64,000 nt of DNA. Source: Anthoceros angustus. Its lineage: Eukaryota > Plantae > Anthocerotophyta. The stretch lies in contig VJWM01000025.1 of assembly GCA_010909165.1 (NCBI GenBank), positions 3,162,001 through 3,226,000 of the forward strand, read 5' to 3'. The position numbers and the translations under genes are program-made. The notes under the pieces are model-generated. The model made no database searches. It was not told where the DNA came from and saw only the letters and a list, made by a program, of their open reading frames with translations. Shown piece after piece: positions 1 through 12,389 of this stretch; position 1 is the first letter of the stretch, and each line of letters opens with the position of its first letter.

Positions 1-526
1 TCGAAACGCATTGATGCCATTGCCAACCCAGAGACCGCGCCAGCCTTGGGCTTGAAGCACATCTTTGAGGTTACCATTAATGGTCGGAGGACCAACACCC
101 ACGATCAACCTTGTCCTGCGCATTGCATCACCACACAAATGAGCCAGGTTTGAGGCATTGCCTGCTGAACAGCTTCCCAAAACAATGTCGGCGGCTACCT
201 GACGGTTTCAAGCGGAGCCACGAATGTCTTGGACAATCCTCCCGAAAACGCACCGCTTGCAAACTCACGAAAAGCCCGACTTTGAAATCCGGCCTTTCCA
301 GCATACGAAATTGCCAAAGTTAAGCTCAATTGAGCACCGGCAGCAAACCTGAGATCTCAGAACAAGGGGAGAAATCAACCCAACCTAATGCTACACCCGC
401 AACAGCAAGACGCCACTGGGTACAACCACTTCGGCAGCTCACCTTGATGTCTTCCCAGAGCTGAGCACTTTGCAGCTGAATCAGATTAGTGACGCTATCC
501 TTCGACTGAGATTTCTTTGTAACCAT
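1..526 (-). CDS. BTL1: Mitochondrial carrier family adenine nucleotide transporter, BTL1-like (5' part; runs off window start). Exons ~526-443, 293-199, 115-<1
   Basis: Spliced minus-strand translation SRAFREFASGAFSGGLSKTFVAPLETVR|TRLIVGVGPPTINGNLKDVLQAQGWRGLWVGNGINAFR carries the Px[D/E]xx[K/R] carrier signature and resembles plant BTL1 (PLETIRTRMIVGVG...QGWQGLWAGN). GT-AG sites support the internal exons; the first exon is less certain. Confidence 0.85.
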
Positions 527-1746
527 GCTTGCACTTCCTACTCCAGCAACCTTCCAACTCCGATAATTCCTTCGCCTCCCCGACCCCCTCTCTTCCTCAT
601 ACGCAGCCCACGAGCCCTACCACAGGCTCGATCACCATGCCTACTTCCCTGAGCCGTCAAAGAAGCTGCATCCAGGTGCCAGGCCCGGTTCAAACTCCAT
701 GTCTACATGGTCTGTCCCCTACGCTCCTCCCAACCCCGCTCCTCTGCCTCCATGTTCCCTAGAGGATCCCCTTACCACTCTCATCTGCCCCTGCTCTACA
801 GACCCGCCACCTCCGTGCTGTGCCTACCCGCTCCTCATCCTCAACTCCATGTCGTCGAGCAATGTCGCAAGGCTTGCCACCAATGTAGCCACTAGCAACC
901 TAGACAGCAGCGAAGTCATGAAACGAATCACGGAGAAAAGCCCTAGCCAGGGTTTTTCACGTTTCGGACATGGAAGGCTGTTTGTTACCTGTTGATTGCA
1001 TTTACTGCGATCAATCCGTTTGTTGCTTGCCTGAGCCCGCCAAACTATGCTATGCGATGCTAAGCCGGGAAGATTGCAGTTGGTCAAGGAAGGTACCTCG
1101 ATACAAGGCTTTGTCTGACTGTCGGCTTCCGTTTGAGGGAGTCTACAGGGTTGCTTCCAGATGCTTCATTGCTCGTGTTTTCCGGGAATTGGAAATCGTG
1201 TTTCAAGTATTCCCAGCTGAATTATCCCCAAGCACGCCGTAGCAGCTGTGGACGGGCATGGTGTAGATTCTTAAACACCAGAGAGGAGGAGCTCGGAGAT
1301 GGGGATAAAATTTTGAAAACGGCACACAGCCTATTTAGCCTGCATATCGAAGAACATCGATCAAAACCGTGGATGAAAAATGTGGTGAGAATGGACAGCT
1401 TGGAAGTCGAGGAACGTTGATCAAAACCTCGGCTGACAAATGCGGTGACAATGGATGGCTCTGGAAGCAGGATGTCACGAGGCACTGCCAATGTGTCTGC
1501 ACCGGCTCCACAAATGTCTCGACCCGCTTCACATGTGAAGGACCATGAACGGACAGAGCGGGACAACTGAACATCAGAGACCTAGAAAGTCAGGAAACAT
1601 GATCCTAAAGCCCTAACGGGGGTTTTGGTGGTTTGGAGGTTTGTGGAAGGCTGGAGGGGAAGGATGTCGGCTTGCGGGCGCTTGTGTGCATTGTCGGTGG
1701 CGAGTGTGGGTGGGATTTGAGGAGCGCAGTAGGAGGAGGGTAGAAG

Positions 1747-4210
1747 ATGCAGAGCCTTCAGGGGGCGCCGGCTGCCCGCAGTGTTGCACCTGTGACACTG
1801 CACCAGCACAGGGGACGGGATTTTCGCAACCTGCCATGGCGGTTTGCAGAGCACAGGTGCTGCGGCATCCTGTCTGGGAAAGTGCGGGTTTTGCAGAGCG
1901 CAGGCGGGAAGGCGGGGCAGCTGGTGGTGAGGTGCGGGAACGACGATGAGCTGTTTCTGGACGATGACGCGCCGGCTCCGCCTTACACCAGCTACATTGA
2001 TCCGGTGTCTGGGGAGCCTGCTCCGACGTACGGGTTTCGGCCCAAGATTCCGCGCATGGAGTATTGGGGGGAGGAAGTGTTGCGGGAGGTGAGGGCTGCT
2101 GAGGGGTCCGTGCCCAGACGGGGGAGGCGAATGCCTGACGCGGAATCGTCTGATGGGCGCCGGGCCCGCACGTCCAGGAGGAAGCAGAAGGCTGAGGAGG
2201 CCCGCGTCGGAGCTGAGGTAGCTCAAGTTGCAGCCGTAGGGGTGGGTGTGGGGGTTGCGGAGGCCGTGGGGCCTGATGGAAGGAGGCCGAATCCCTTTCT
2301 GGAAGACTCCGATGACGAGGAGGAGGAAGAAGAGGAAGGGCAGGGTGCGGGTGAGCAGAAAGAAGGTGCCTCAGAGGATGGGGCGGTTGAAAATCGCGAG
2401 CCCCGACCTGAGGACTATCAGCTCGTCGTAAGTGATAAGAGCTCGCTCGGAGAGCAGATGAAGGACCTGATCGAGCCTGCTCCCGACAGCCCACTTAAGA
2501 ATGATGAATTGTGGTGGAATTGGCGGCGGCCGGAACCGGGGCAGGAACCGTGGAGTGCATGGCAGAGGCGTATGGGAGATTCTGACACTGTGAGAGTGTT
2601 CTTCCTCAAAATATGAAGCTCCGGTTTGTTTGCTGTAGTGCAGACCTCAAATCTGTTTGAGCATCTGTTGCTTTCTGCTTTCTCGATGTGAGGGCCTGAG
2701 ACCTGGGGTTACATTCGAACAGAAGCTTGGACACCAGATTCTGTGAATGCGGGTGTAGTAGGACATGGAGGAAGAAGTTCAGTTACTCTTGAGCGGATTG
2801 TGTGACAGGTTGACCCCGTTCTTGAATGCGACAGGTAATGGCATCTGCTATGGCTAAGAGTGGGCAGATCAAACTGTTTGGTGACAAGCCAACCATTGCC
2901 GAGGCGACACTTGCTCGTGCAAGGAAGCGAGTCTTCAAAGAGCAGCGGTATGCTCTTCTTTTGTCTTATCTTGGGATGTTACCGGTGGCTGAACCTTTGG
3001 CATCTGCAGACTTCAGGCGGAGGAGGAGAGAAAGAACAAGATCGGTGCTATGGCGTACTATCAAGAATGGGTGAAAGCCTGGAGAAGGGACACGTCCCTT
3101 GAAGCCGTGAAAAAGCGCGAAGAAGAAACCGGCGACAATTTGTCCACCCAGCTGCTAGAGATGTTTAGTCATCAAACTCGTGAGGAATATCGCATAATGA
3201 TGGGTACCGACATTCGGATAAAGCGGGATCCTTTAGTAATGCGAATGAGCGATGAAGAAAAGAAGCAAGGTAACCTCTGTCCCATGGAGTTGCGCACCTG
3301 TAGCCCTACACCCCTCTCTAATTTTGCTGTCCCCTTCTTCTATGCAGTGTACGGAGGCGATCCTGTCTACCCGACGATTAACTACGTGCAAGATCCAAAC
3401 TGTGTCGCTGACTACAGGGGAGCGAATTTTCATGAACCGACTCCGGACATAATCGAGTTCCTCAGACAGGTAAGAAGAGACGAGGACAAGCGCTTTGTCA
3501 TCCTTTGCTGAACATTGGCTTGGGAGATGATGCTGGAGTAGCGTGATTCACCTCTGCCTGCAATGCAAGCTGAGTGATTGCGTTGGCCTTGTGTATAACT
3601 GCAGGAAGGAAGGTTAATCACGAGGGAGGAGCTTCAACGCATTCAGGAGCTTGAAAAAGCTCAGGATGAAGAGGTTGGACCAGGACATTTTTACTGGATT
3701 CAGGAACATCGGAAGAGACCTCATGTCTCATCATCGCAATGTCAATGATGCTCTCGATACATCAAACACCGAGCTGTCTATTCTTGCACGCTAACCTTGC
3801 CATGTCGAACCTGCAGGATGGAATTCATGATGATGGCATGTCTGGCGCCGTCGACATCGGTGACAAAGATGTGAGAGCTTTGCTTCAGTGCGACCTCGTG
3901 CTTGGGCCAAGCCCGTGGTAGCTGCCCAAGCACGTGGTAGCACTATGACAGCTGATGAATTTGTTCCCTGCCTCTTGGTTGCTACCTTAAGCTTGCGACT
4001 GCCCGTTTGCAGGACGAAGATGAAGATGACGATGAATCAGAAGAGCATGGTAGGTCAGCCTCCCTCAAGGCGACCCAGGAACCGGTGAAAGACCTGCTGG
4101 ACACGACCAAAGAGAAGCCCGTGGAGGCTGGCACTCTGGACGAAGATGACCTGGTGGACGAGGATATGGTGGTGGGAGACGATCCGGATGATGATGTCAT
4201 CAACGTCTAA
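1747..4210 (+). CDS. PTAC12: Plastid transcriptionally active 12 / HEMERA (PAP5). Exons 1747-2589, 2835-2947, 3010-3269, 3348-3469, 3605-3673, 3817-3870, 4013-4210
   Basis: Motifs LWWNWRRPE..WSAWQRR, AMAKSGQIKLFGDKPT, MAYYQEWVKAWRRDTS, QLLEMFSHQTREEYRIMMGTDIRIKRDPL and YGGDPVYPTINYVQDP..FHEPTP match angiosperm pTAC12; six GT-AG introns keep the frame. Confidence 0.95.
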
Positions 4211-5355
4211 GTTCAAATGTACCAAAGCTTTGTCCCTTTTCCCCGCCGCCATTTCTGAGGTGCAGTGACGAACCTTAGGATATTGTACTTCTGTAACAGA
4301 CTTCATGTGTTCCGTCTCCATGTCCATGCCGCAGGCCCAATTACGATGTACCCGTGACCTAGCCCATCCATTTATGCACGCTGGCGATGTTGGTAACATG
4401 ACGCTGTTTGCGTGCCTCTCTGTCCCGCATGCCCAGCTTGCCAAGCGTCTGCTTCTTGACCCACCAAACAGGGTGTAGTGCCAAGTGTATTCCAAAGTCT
4501 CGTGCCTTGACTTGTGAGAGCGTTGTTTCACACGCCCTCAGCCAACATTACACGATACACCCTCATCCTCGCCGGCGACGTCGACTTTAGTCGTCAGCAT
4601 TTCCGCGAGGTCCATCTAGTCCGGTTTCTTGTCCGACTGTCAGTTGTGCCGGCCGCCAACCGGATCTCCCGTGCCGGTTTCCGAAAATAGCCCTGTTCAG
4701 ACGGCTTTGTTGTCGAGGAATAATCACTTCCTCGTATCTCTGGTGCCAGATAGAAAGCGTGAAATTTAAATACTGTATGTTGGTGGACACCGCAGGTCCT
4801 GAGTCCTGTGTTGTCCAGGGATCGAGAAGTGACCTCCTCGAACTAGTAGGTAGCGAGAAATGAATGTCTCCGGCTCGGGAGAGCAGTTGAACTGTCCTCC
4901 ATAACCAGTGTCACTGGACCCGACTGAATCTCACGTTTTGTATGTATCGCTGTATCTTTGCTGGGCCTGTGCTGAATTGCGAGCCAGTGGATTGCTCAGG
5001 GGTGTGGGGTGTCCAGGATTCGGTGCGGCCAAGCTTGAGCTGTTGGGTTGTAGGTGTAGAAAGCTCTATATAGCCTAGAGCTTTAGGTGTTGGGTTGCAG
5101 GAGTAGAAAGCTCTATTCAGCGGAGAGCGGGAGCTCTAAGGAAGGATGAGGCGGGAGTGAAGGAAAGCACAGGCTGCAGTTAGCATGAGCTTGTGCTCTT
5201 TTCAGCTCTTGCTCCCTCCCAGCTGTGCTTGAGGTATGTATGTGTGTTTGATGGAAAGGGGCGATCGGTGATGAGCTGAGGCCCAGCTTGCCGCGTGATC
5301 GTTCTTTTGTGTGTTTCTGTCTGTGCTCCAGGGGAAGGCAGGGTTCTGGGTTGAG

Positions 5356-7480
5356 ATGGGGAAGTGGAAGGAGCAGTTTCTGCCGGAAGAGTCGTTCCAG
5401 AGCTGGAGCAGCTACGCCAAGGCTCTGGGGAGCACCAGACGCCGCTTCGCGGAGCGCGTGTTCGCCCGCTCCGATGAGCAGAAGGAGATCAGCGAGGTCA
5501 TCCAGAGGAGTAAGCATGCGATGAAGAAGCAGCTGGGTTGGTGGGACTTGCTGTGGTTCAGCATTGGGGCTGTGGTGGGATCTGGCATCTTCGTGCTCAC
5601 GGGCCAGGAGGCAAACCAGACAGCTGGGCCTGCGATTATCCTGTCTTATGCTGTAGCGGGAATCTCGGCCATGCTCTCTGTTTTCTGCTACACCGAGTTT
5701 GCGATTGAGATCCCTGCAGCTGGTGAGCTCTGAAGAGGAGAATCATCCTGTGTCTTTGCCGCGCTCACTGCCAAGGTGATATGCATACAGTGGTTACTTG
5801 TGTATGGTGCGTTTTGCAGGTGGATCTTTTGCATATTTGAAGGTGGAGTTGGGGGACTTCGTAGCGTTTATTGGAGCAGCAAACATCGTATTGGAGTATC
5901 TTGTTGCAGGAGCTGCAGTGGCAAGGTCATGGACTTGCTACTTTGCAAGTCTTATTAACCATCAGTGTGACGACATTGTCATCCACACCAACCTAGCACA
6001 AAACTATAATCTATTAGATCCCATAGCAGTAGCGGTACTTATCATCACCGGCTTGGTGGCTATCTACAGTACCAAGGCCACTTCTTATCTCAATTGGATA
6101 TCTTCCTTTGTCAACATGGGCATTATCATTTTTGTCATAGTCGCAGGTACTACTACTAAGCTGTCCAGTTGGCATTCTCCACAACTTCTATCTTGCAGAT
6201 CTCTCTCCTTGCAGCAGTACCTAGTTGACTTACCCCTGTCGAGTCTTCTATTGCTTGCAGGATTGATCAAGGGTGATTCAGAAAACTTGACACCTTTTGT
6301 TCCTTTCGGCAGTCGTTCCATATTTCAGGCAGCTTCCGTGCTCTACTTCGCATATATTGGGTTTGACGCAGTGGCCACTATGGCTGAAGAGACAAAAAAT
6401 CCTCCAAGGGATGTACCCATCGGCTTGGTTGGCTCCATGTCAATTGTCACCGTCCTATATTGCCTGATGGCGTTGACTCTTACCAGGATGCTTCCGTACA
6501 CGCAAATTGATCCTAAAGCAGGATTCTCCAGTGCCTTCAGGTACTGTGTTTCTTCCCACATTTCTCCTCCTTGCTGCTTCTTCTCTCTTTCCGCAGCCAC
6601 CCGGTAGGCGGTAGGGGTCTCCAAAGTCAGTTTGCATGAGAACCTCATTTTGGGTTATCTTGTTTGCAGTCTTGTTGGATGGAAATGGGCCAAGTATGTA
6701 GTGGCTCTGGGCGCGTTGAAAGGCATGACCACAGTCCTGCTGGTTAGTGCTGTAGGGGAGGCACGTTATCTGACTCACATTGCCCGGACCCATTTGATAC
6801 CCCCCTGGTTTGCTGTGGTGAATGAAAGAACACGAACACCAATCAACGCCACAGTAGTGATGGTTCTGGGCACTAGTGTATTGGCCTTCTTCACAGAGCT
6901 GTCCATCTTGGCCAATCTCCTATCTATCAGCACACTGTTTATCTTCATGCTGGTTGCCATCGGAATTTTGGTAAGGCGTTACTACAAAGAGGGTGAAACC
7001 AGCACCCTACAACTGAGCCTGCTAGTGTCTTTCATTCTCCTCATTGTTGGCTCCAACATAGGCATTGCTGCCTTTTATGCTACCGCCGAAGGATGGAAAT
7101 ATCTCTACATCCTTTTTATCGGTCTCTGGGTTTTCGCAACCTTGGGCCTCCAATTGACGCTGCCGCAGGTGAAAACTCCTCGAGTATGGGGGGTTCCGTT
7201 GGTGCCTTGGTTTCCCTCTGTCTCCATTGCTTTCAATGTGTTCCTCATGGGCACCATCGACACCAAGTCCTTCATAAGATTTGGAGTATGGACCGGAATT
7301 TGTCTCGTCTACTACTTCCTATTTGGCTTACATGCCTCCTATGACACAGTCAAACAAGCAGAAGCCCACTCTTTGGAAGAGGGAACCAAGTCTGTGGATC
7401 ATGGGAACAGGGATCAGGTTGACGGGACCAATAACCAGCGTGATGGGAGTAAGCATCAACTTGATACCACAACTTCTTAG
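5356..7480 (+). CDS. CAT: Cationic amino acid transporter (APC family, CAT1/CAT5-like). Exons 5356-5722, 5820-6146, 6261-6540, 6670-7480
   Basis: WWDLLWFSIGAVVGSGIFVLTG, GPAIILSYAVAG, FAYIGFDAVATMAEETKNP, WGVPLVPWFP motifs; many TM segments; GT-AG introns join the frames. Confidence 0.95.
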
Positions 7481-7827
7481 ACTTCGGGGGCTGACTTCGG
7501 GGGCAGTTGCTCTCACCTATGGGTAGGCACAGGTTCGTCAGGCACGGGCCTCGAGGAGTATATCGATCTCGCAGGAATCTCATGTACTTGGGAATGTTGT
7601 GTGTCACAACTACAATAAGCTAGAGAGTGAACGAATGAAAGTTCACTTTGATATGCCGCAAAGGCTGCTAGAGCTTAAGGTGTAGCCGCAACAAATCTCA
7701 CGTCATCCACTCACCTGGATGCATGATTTGGAATGATAAATAGTGTCGAATGAGGGGAAAACCTTCTCAGTTGCTGAGAACATCGCTCACTGTACATGAT
7801 ACCTCGGAATTTGCGGACGAGATGTAT

Positions 7828-10325
7828 CTATGCCGACAACACAGGACCTTTCTTACATGTTTCGAAGTGCAAATCACCTCCCAATGCCTGCGAGACGAAG
7901 CTTTCCACCTCCTCCAGCGTCGATACTCCCTTGCGGACAGCGTATCTCTTCCTTCGGCGTTTGTAAGCTACAAGTACAGTATCGGCCTTGGGATTGCCGA
8001 ACGCCTTGAGGAAATATGAGTGTTTGCTCGCATCCACGAGGCCATAGGACAACGCAGACTTCTTCCCTCCATTGCTGTCTACTTGTCTTACCAGAGTTTT
8101 CCGAGAAACCTGCATCACATACAGTAGGCACTCAACAACGGTTGCCCATCAGAGCATTGAGCACCACGACAAGCATCCTTGGTAGCTCACCTCGGTAAGA
8201 AACTGCTGAAGCTTGCCGCCATGTTTGAGACTTTTAATCACCGCAATAATGCAAATGGGGCTGTCCTCCCCACACACCAAGTCCATATTTGACTTGGACA
8301 GAAAGGGGACTTCTGTCTGTGGATCTCCCTGTCTAGGCCCAGCCTCCTTGTTCTCCTTCCTGAGTTTCTCAATCAGGCCTTCGAGAATGTGAAATGTCTT
8401 GGTACCCTCTAAGTCGGCCTTGCCAGCCAACAATGTCTCCTTCCCATTAGCGAATACACCCACCACTGCTGGGAAATCCGTCACACCGAACCTCTTGGCC
8501 AAAGGATCAAGCTCGTCATCAACCTGCAAACATCACCAATGTTATTCTGGCTACATATTCTCCTGTGGAGAGAGTGAGCAATGAGCCGATGCAACATATC
8601 TAATCAACCTGCAGCACCATGTGGTGGCTATGCAGACTTGAGAGGTACCTGTAGGTCGAAAAACGCTACTTGATTGTCATAGATGCCACTAAGGGCACGC
8701 CACATAGCTGGAGTCTCCTTCTTTTTCGTGAACAATATCACACGAGCAAGAACGTGATGGTCTGGGAAAAGCTGGAGAAAGTTTTCCGTATCGAGCCGTG
8801 TAGATTTCCTGGGAAGATGTGTCGTGACAAAGCTCTTAAGTGATTTTGCAGTCCATGGACCTTGATATAGCAATGGCTCGGAGCCTCCATACGGATATAC
8901 AAATGCCTTCGCATCTTGGAGAGGTAGAGCACCTTCTGTATCGCACAAACGTTTTTGAGATGCACAATCAATCACACCAACCTGGCAAGGAAACCACAAC
9001 TTGGTTAGTCGCACAATACAGACCATGATCTTACATGATAGACACATGACTAGAGATTCCCGGAGGAAAGCTCACCTTGATCATACCTCGCAGACTGTCC
9101 ACGACCTCCTTCAACGCAGAGGCCATCGGCTGCAAGTTTCGATTATTTGGGTTGTAAAATAGTACAAGCCATGCCAGCTTCCCTTTGTTTATGACCTGTT
9201 CCCTGGTGTTAACACCAGAAAGTTTATCTACACCGTCCATTGAGTCAAACAAGGTGGATCTGCTCCCCCCTTGTTCCTGAAAATGGTAGTTCCCTTGATT
9301 GCCACCTCTTGCTTCCTCAAAAAATGAATCGAATATATTCCCATATCCATTACTACCACCCCCACCACCAGTTCCATCGTAGGACCACGTAAAAACTGGC
9401 TCGGAGCTCTGATAAAAATATTGTCTTCCACCTTGATGTCCCTGTTTCTGCCACCCAAACGGTCCACCTGTTGGCCCTTTAGGACCTTCTGCATCTCCAT
9501 ATGTGTCATAATTGGTTCTCTTCTCCTCATCTGATAGGATCTCGTAAGCTGCACAAAAACAAGATCTGGAGTGCATAAATTGTGTGCAGAGTCGATCATG
9601 CCAAAGAATGCAGTGCGCTCTCCACAATGACTACCTTCGACCAGGCCATTGCTCCTTCAAACACTACTCGCGTATTAGGAGCTGAGGATAGCAGACTGCA
9701 TTTCATAAAAGCCATCCAGGACAAGCAACAACTCTCACCGTTACTAATTTCTGTGAACTTCACTTGAGCATCCTTCGAAGGATTCTTGTCAGGGTGATAC
9801 TTCAGCGACTGCCTGTACACACGCACAAAGAGGCACCGTCGAAGCGTCCCAGATCAAACCGTGAACGCAACGTAGGACTAATCAAACGCACAAACGCCGG
9901 TGCGGGGAAACATACTTGTGAAAAGCTTTCTTAATATCAGCCTGGCTCGCCTGCTTATCAACTCCTAAAACCTGCATCCACAGCTACAAATGATCAGGCC
10001 ACCTGCTACCTTCCCCAGCGAATCCACACAACCCTGACTCCAATTCGGCACCAGGCCAGCCGCACTCTCACGCCAGCGACAACCTTCGAGCCGCATGCTC
10101 GCCACATAAAACGTGCCGCTTACACCGCTCCCGGCATCTTTCCTCATACGAATGCGGCCTCAACATGCAGACACTGAATTACAGCCGCACGAAGCCGCCT
10201 CTACCTTGTACAAATCCTTGCCGTCCACCACCCCGGAGCTGCCAAGCAGCAGCAGCAGCACGAACACCACCGGCAGCCTGCACGCCCGCCCGCAGCGCTG
10301 CCTCCCGCCTCCCCGGGCCGCGCAT
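7828..10325 (-). CDS. ERDJ3A: ER-lumenal DnaJ protein with thioredoxin-like folds (ERdj3A/TMS1-like). Exons ~10325-10205, 9971-9916, 9812-9739, 9548-9076, 8981-8649, 8523-8192, 8109-7828; start ambiguous
   Basis: Signal-peptide-like LPVVFVLLLLLGSSGVVDG, then [35 protein letters not shown] (HPD), AYEILSDEEKRTNYDTYG, a G/F-rich linker and thioredoxin-like domains (RVILFTKKKETP). No in-frame ATG precedes the signal peptide in this sequence. Confidence 0.9.
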
Positions 10326-10701
10326 CCTGTGCGACGATGCTCCAACCACCAGCCAGTCCAGCTCCAACATCCGCAATCCCTCACCACCAAAATCACACCC
10401 CGCCTGCCATTTCCGCCACACCTCTTCCCATCAAATGCGTCCCAGACCCGATCAGACACAATCCCTTCTCAATTCCTGCCTCCCAGCGTCGCAGCCTGTG
10501 CCGCAGCATCTCACGCCCGATATCAGCTTAACGCAATCCAGTCGCATCAAAACTCAGGTCCTACACCTCTATAGCTAGGCAGTCTCCGCGCACAGAGCTC
10601 TTCTGCTCGATATGTAACGAGTTCTCGGTGATCAAAATACAAAACCTTTACGTCGAAAATTCCACCTCGGCAGCTCCTTATTGGCTGGCCTTCGAACAAT
10701 T

Positions 10702-10735
10702 CACGTGGCGCGCTCTGAGTGGCAGCTTGACGTGG
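10702..10735. promoter_or_regulatory. G-box (CACGTG, 10702-10707) and UPRE-like TGACGTGG (10728-10735) in the ERDJ3A/YKT6 divergent promoter
   Basis: Exact motifs ~380-410 bp upstream of the ERDJ3A start. TGACGTGG is a known bZIP60-type UPR element and ERdj3A is a UPR target in angiosperms. Function here untested. Confidence 0.45.
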
Positions 10736-11173
10736 CTACCCTCCTCACGGATGTTAAACTGTACAAGGTTTAGCCGACCGTGAGTGATGGACTCCTTCAC
10801 GTCCAGCTAATGATTCGAGAATTACATATTTAATAAAACAATGAAATAGGCACGAGATATTTTAATATGGTAAATGGCCGAAAACGAGAAGCAGGATCCT
10901 GCCTCATATGTATGAGGCGACGGCCTACACGGCTGGACTTCCCGAAGAGTGACGCCCAAGGAGCAGCTGATCGTCGGCCGAGGCTGTCGCCTTTTCAGCA
11001 CGTTTCTATATGCGCACCCGGGTTGTCCATGGTCTGGATTTGGGGCTGGGAACGCGCATGCTGTGGCAGCCGCGATTGCGCCGAGTCGCGTCTGGGCCGG
11101 GCCGGTTGGATCGAGTCTCGGGAGCAGGTTTGGCTTTGAGAGATCGGGGCTGGGGTGAGCCAGGGGGGGGGCC

Positions 11174-12389
11174 ATGAAGGTGACGGCCATCCTGGTATTA
11201 AGATCCGCCCCGGGGCAGGGATCGGAGCAGCCGGTGGTTCTCGCCAACGCTTCGGATGTGAGCCAGTTTGGCTACTTCCAGCGCACCAGCGCCAAGGAGT
11301 TCATCTTGTTCGTGGGACGGACCATTGCGAGTCGCACGCCCGCGGGACAGCGGCAGTCCGTGCAGCAGGATGGTGAGCATTTTGTCTTCCCCAGCTCTCT
11401 GCATGAGGCGACAGTGTGGTGTTGAATTAGGGTTTGGAGTTGCTGTTCGCCCGTGGGAAGCTGCGTAGGCTCCAGGTCGGGTCTTTGTGGAGGAGGCAGA
11501 TCTCATGGGAATTTCGCCTGGTTGTTCAGAGTACATGGTGCATTGTTACAACAGAAACGGCCTCTGTGGTCTAGCGTTCACGGACAAAGAGTATCCCATG
11601 CGCAGTGCCTTCTCTGTGATCAATAAGGTGGATTTTGATGTTCCTGCTTACAGGTGTCTTCGTCTGGTTTTGTGTCCCGTAATTTGATGCTTGTCCCGTG
11701 GTTTGATGCTTCTTCTTTGCCCTTACGTCTGTGTTATGACTGCTCTCTATCAGGTTCTGGATGAGTATCATAGTACTTTTGGGAATTCGTGGCAAACTGC
11801 GCGCAGCGATAGCCAAGAACCCTGGCCGTACCTTCCCGATGCTCTGGCTAAGTTTCAGGTAAATTCAGGTTTTATTGCACTGTCCAGGGGTTTGGGGGCA
11901 CCTAGGGACTGTATCGTGTATGGAAGCAATTCAGGGCCTCCTGCAGCTGGTGTGTTAACTGTGTCTATCCTCGTACAGGACCCTGGAGAAGCCGACAAGC
12001 TGTTGAAAATTCAAAGGGATCTCGATGAGACCAAAGTCATCCTGGTATGTTTCGTCGCAGTGCTTTACAGTACGTCGGAATTGACGTTGGAATTGCAAAA
12101 CTGACTCTTGCCCGCCTGAAACTCTTCTTCTTTCGCAGCACAAAACTATTGACAGTGTACTTGCGCGCGGGGAGAAACTTGACACACTAGTGGACAAGAG
12201 CACAGATCTGAGCATGGCTTCACAGGTGCAACTCTTCTCTGTTTCTGGGGTGAAGCAGTGCAGTCGTCTTGTCTGTTTGAGCCTATTTGGCTGATGCACC
12301 CAGTCCTTAACGCGCACCCTGAACCTCTGCGATTGCAGATGTTCTACAAGCAGGCGAAAAAAGCGAATCAATGCTGCACAATTCTGTAG
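11174..12389 (+). CDS. YKT6: Longin R-SNARE YKT6 (YKT61-like). Exons 11174-11372, 11530-11627, 11754-11858, 11979-12044, 12139-12225, 12339-12389
   Basis: LANASDVSQFGYFQR..KEFILFVGRT, DPGEADKLLKIQRDLDETK, VLARGEKLDTLVDKSTDLS, and C-terminal CCTIL prenylation motif; five GT-AG introns. Confidence 0.97.

Noticed and set aside
1582-2494. Long minus-strand ORFs (214 and 293 aa) and similar antisense ORFs over other genes
   Set aside because: Shadow ORFs of GC-rich sense genes (pTAC12, ERDJ3A, AAP, 526-aa gene) with no recognisable motifs.
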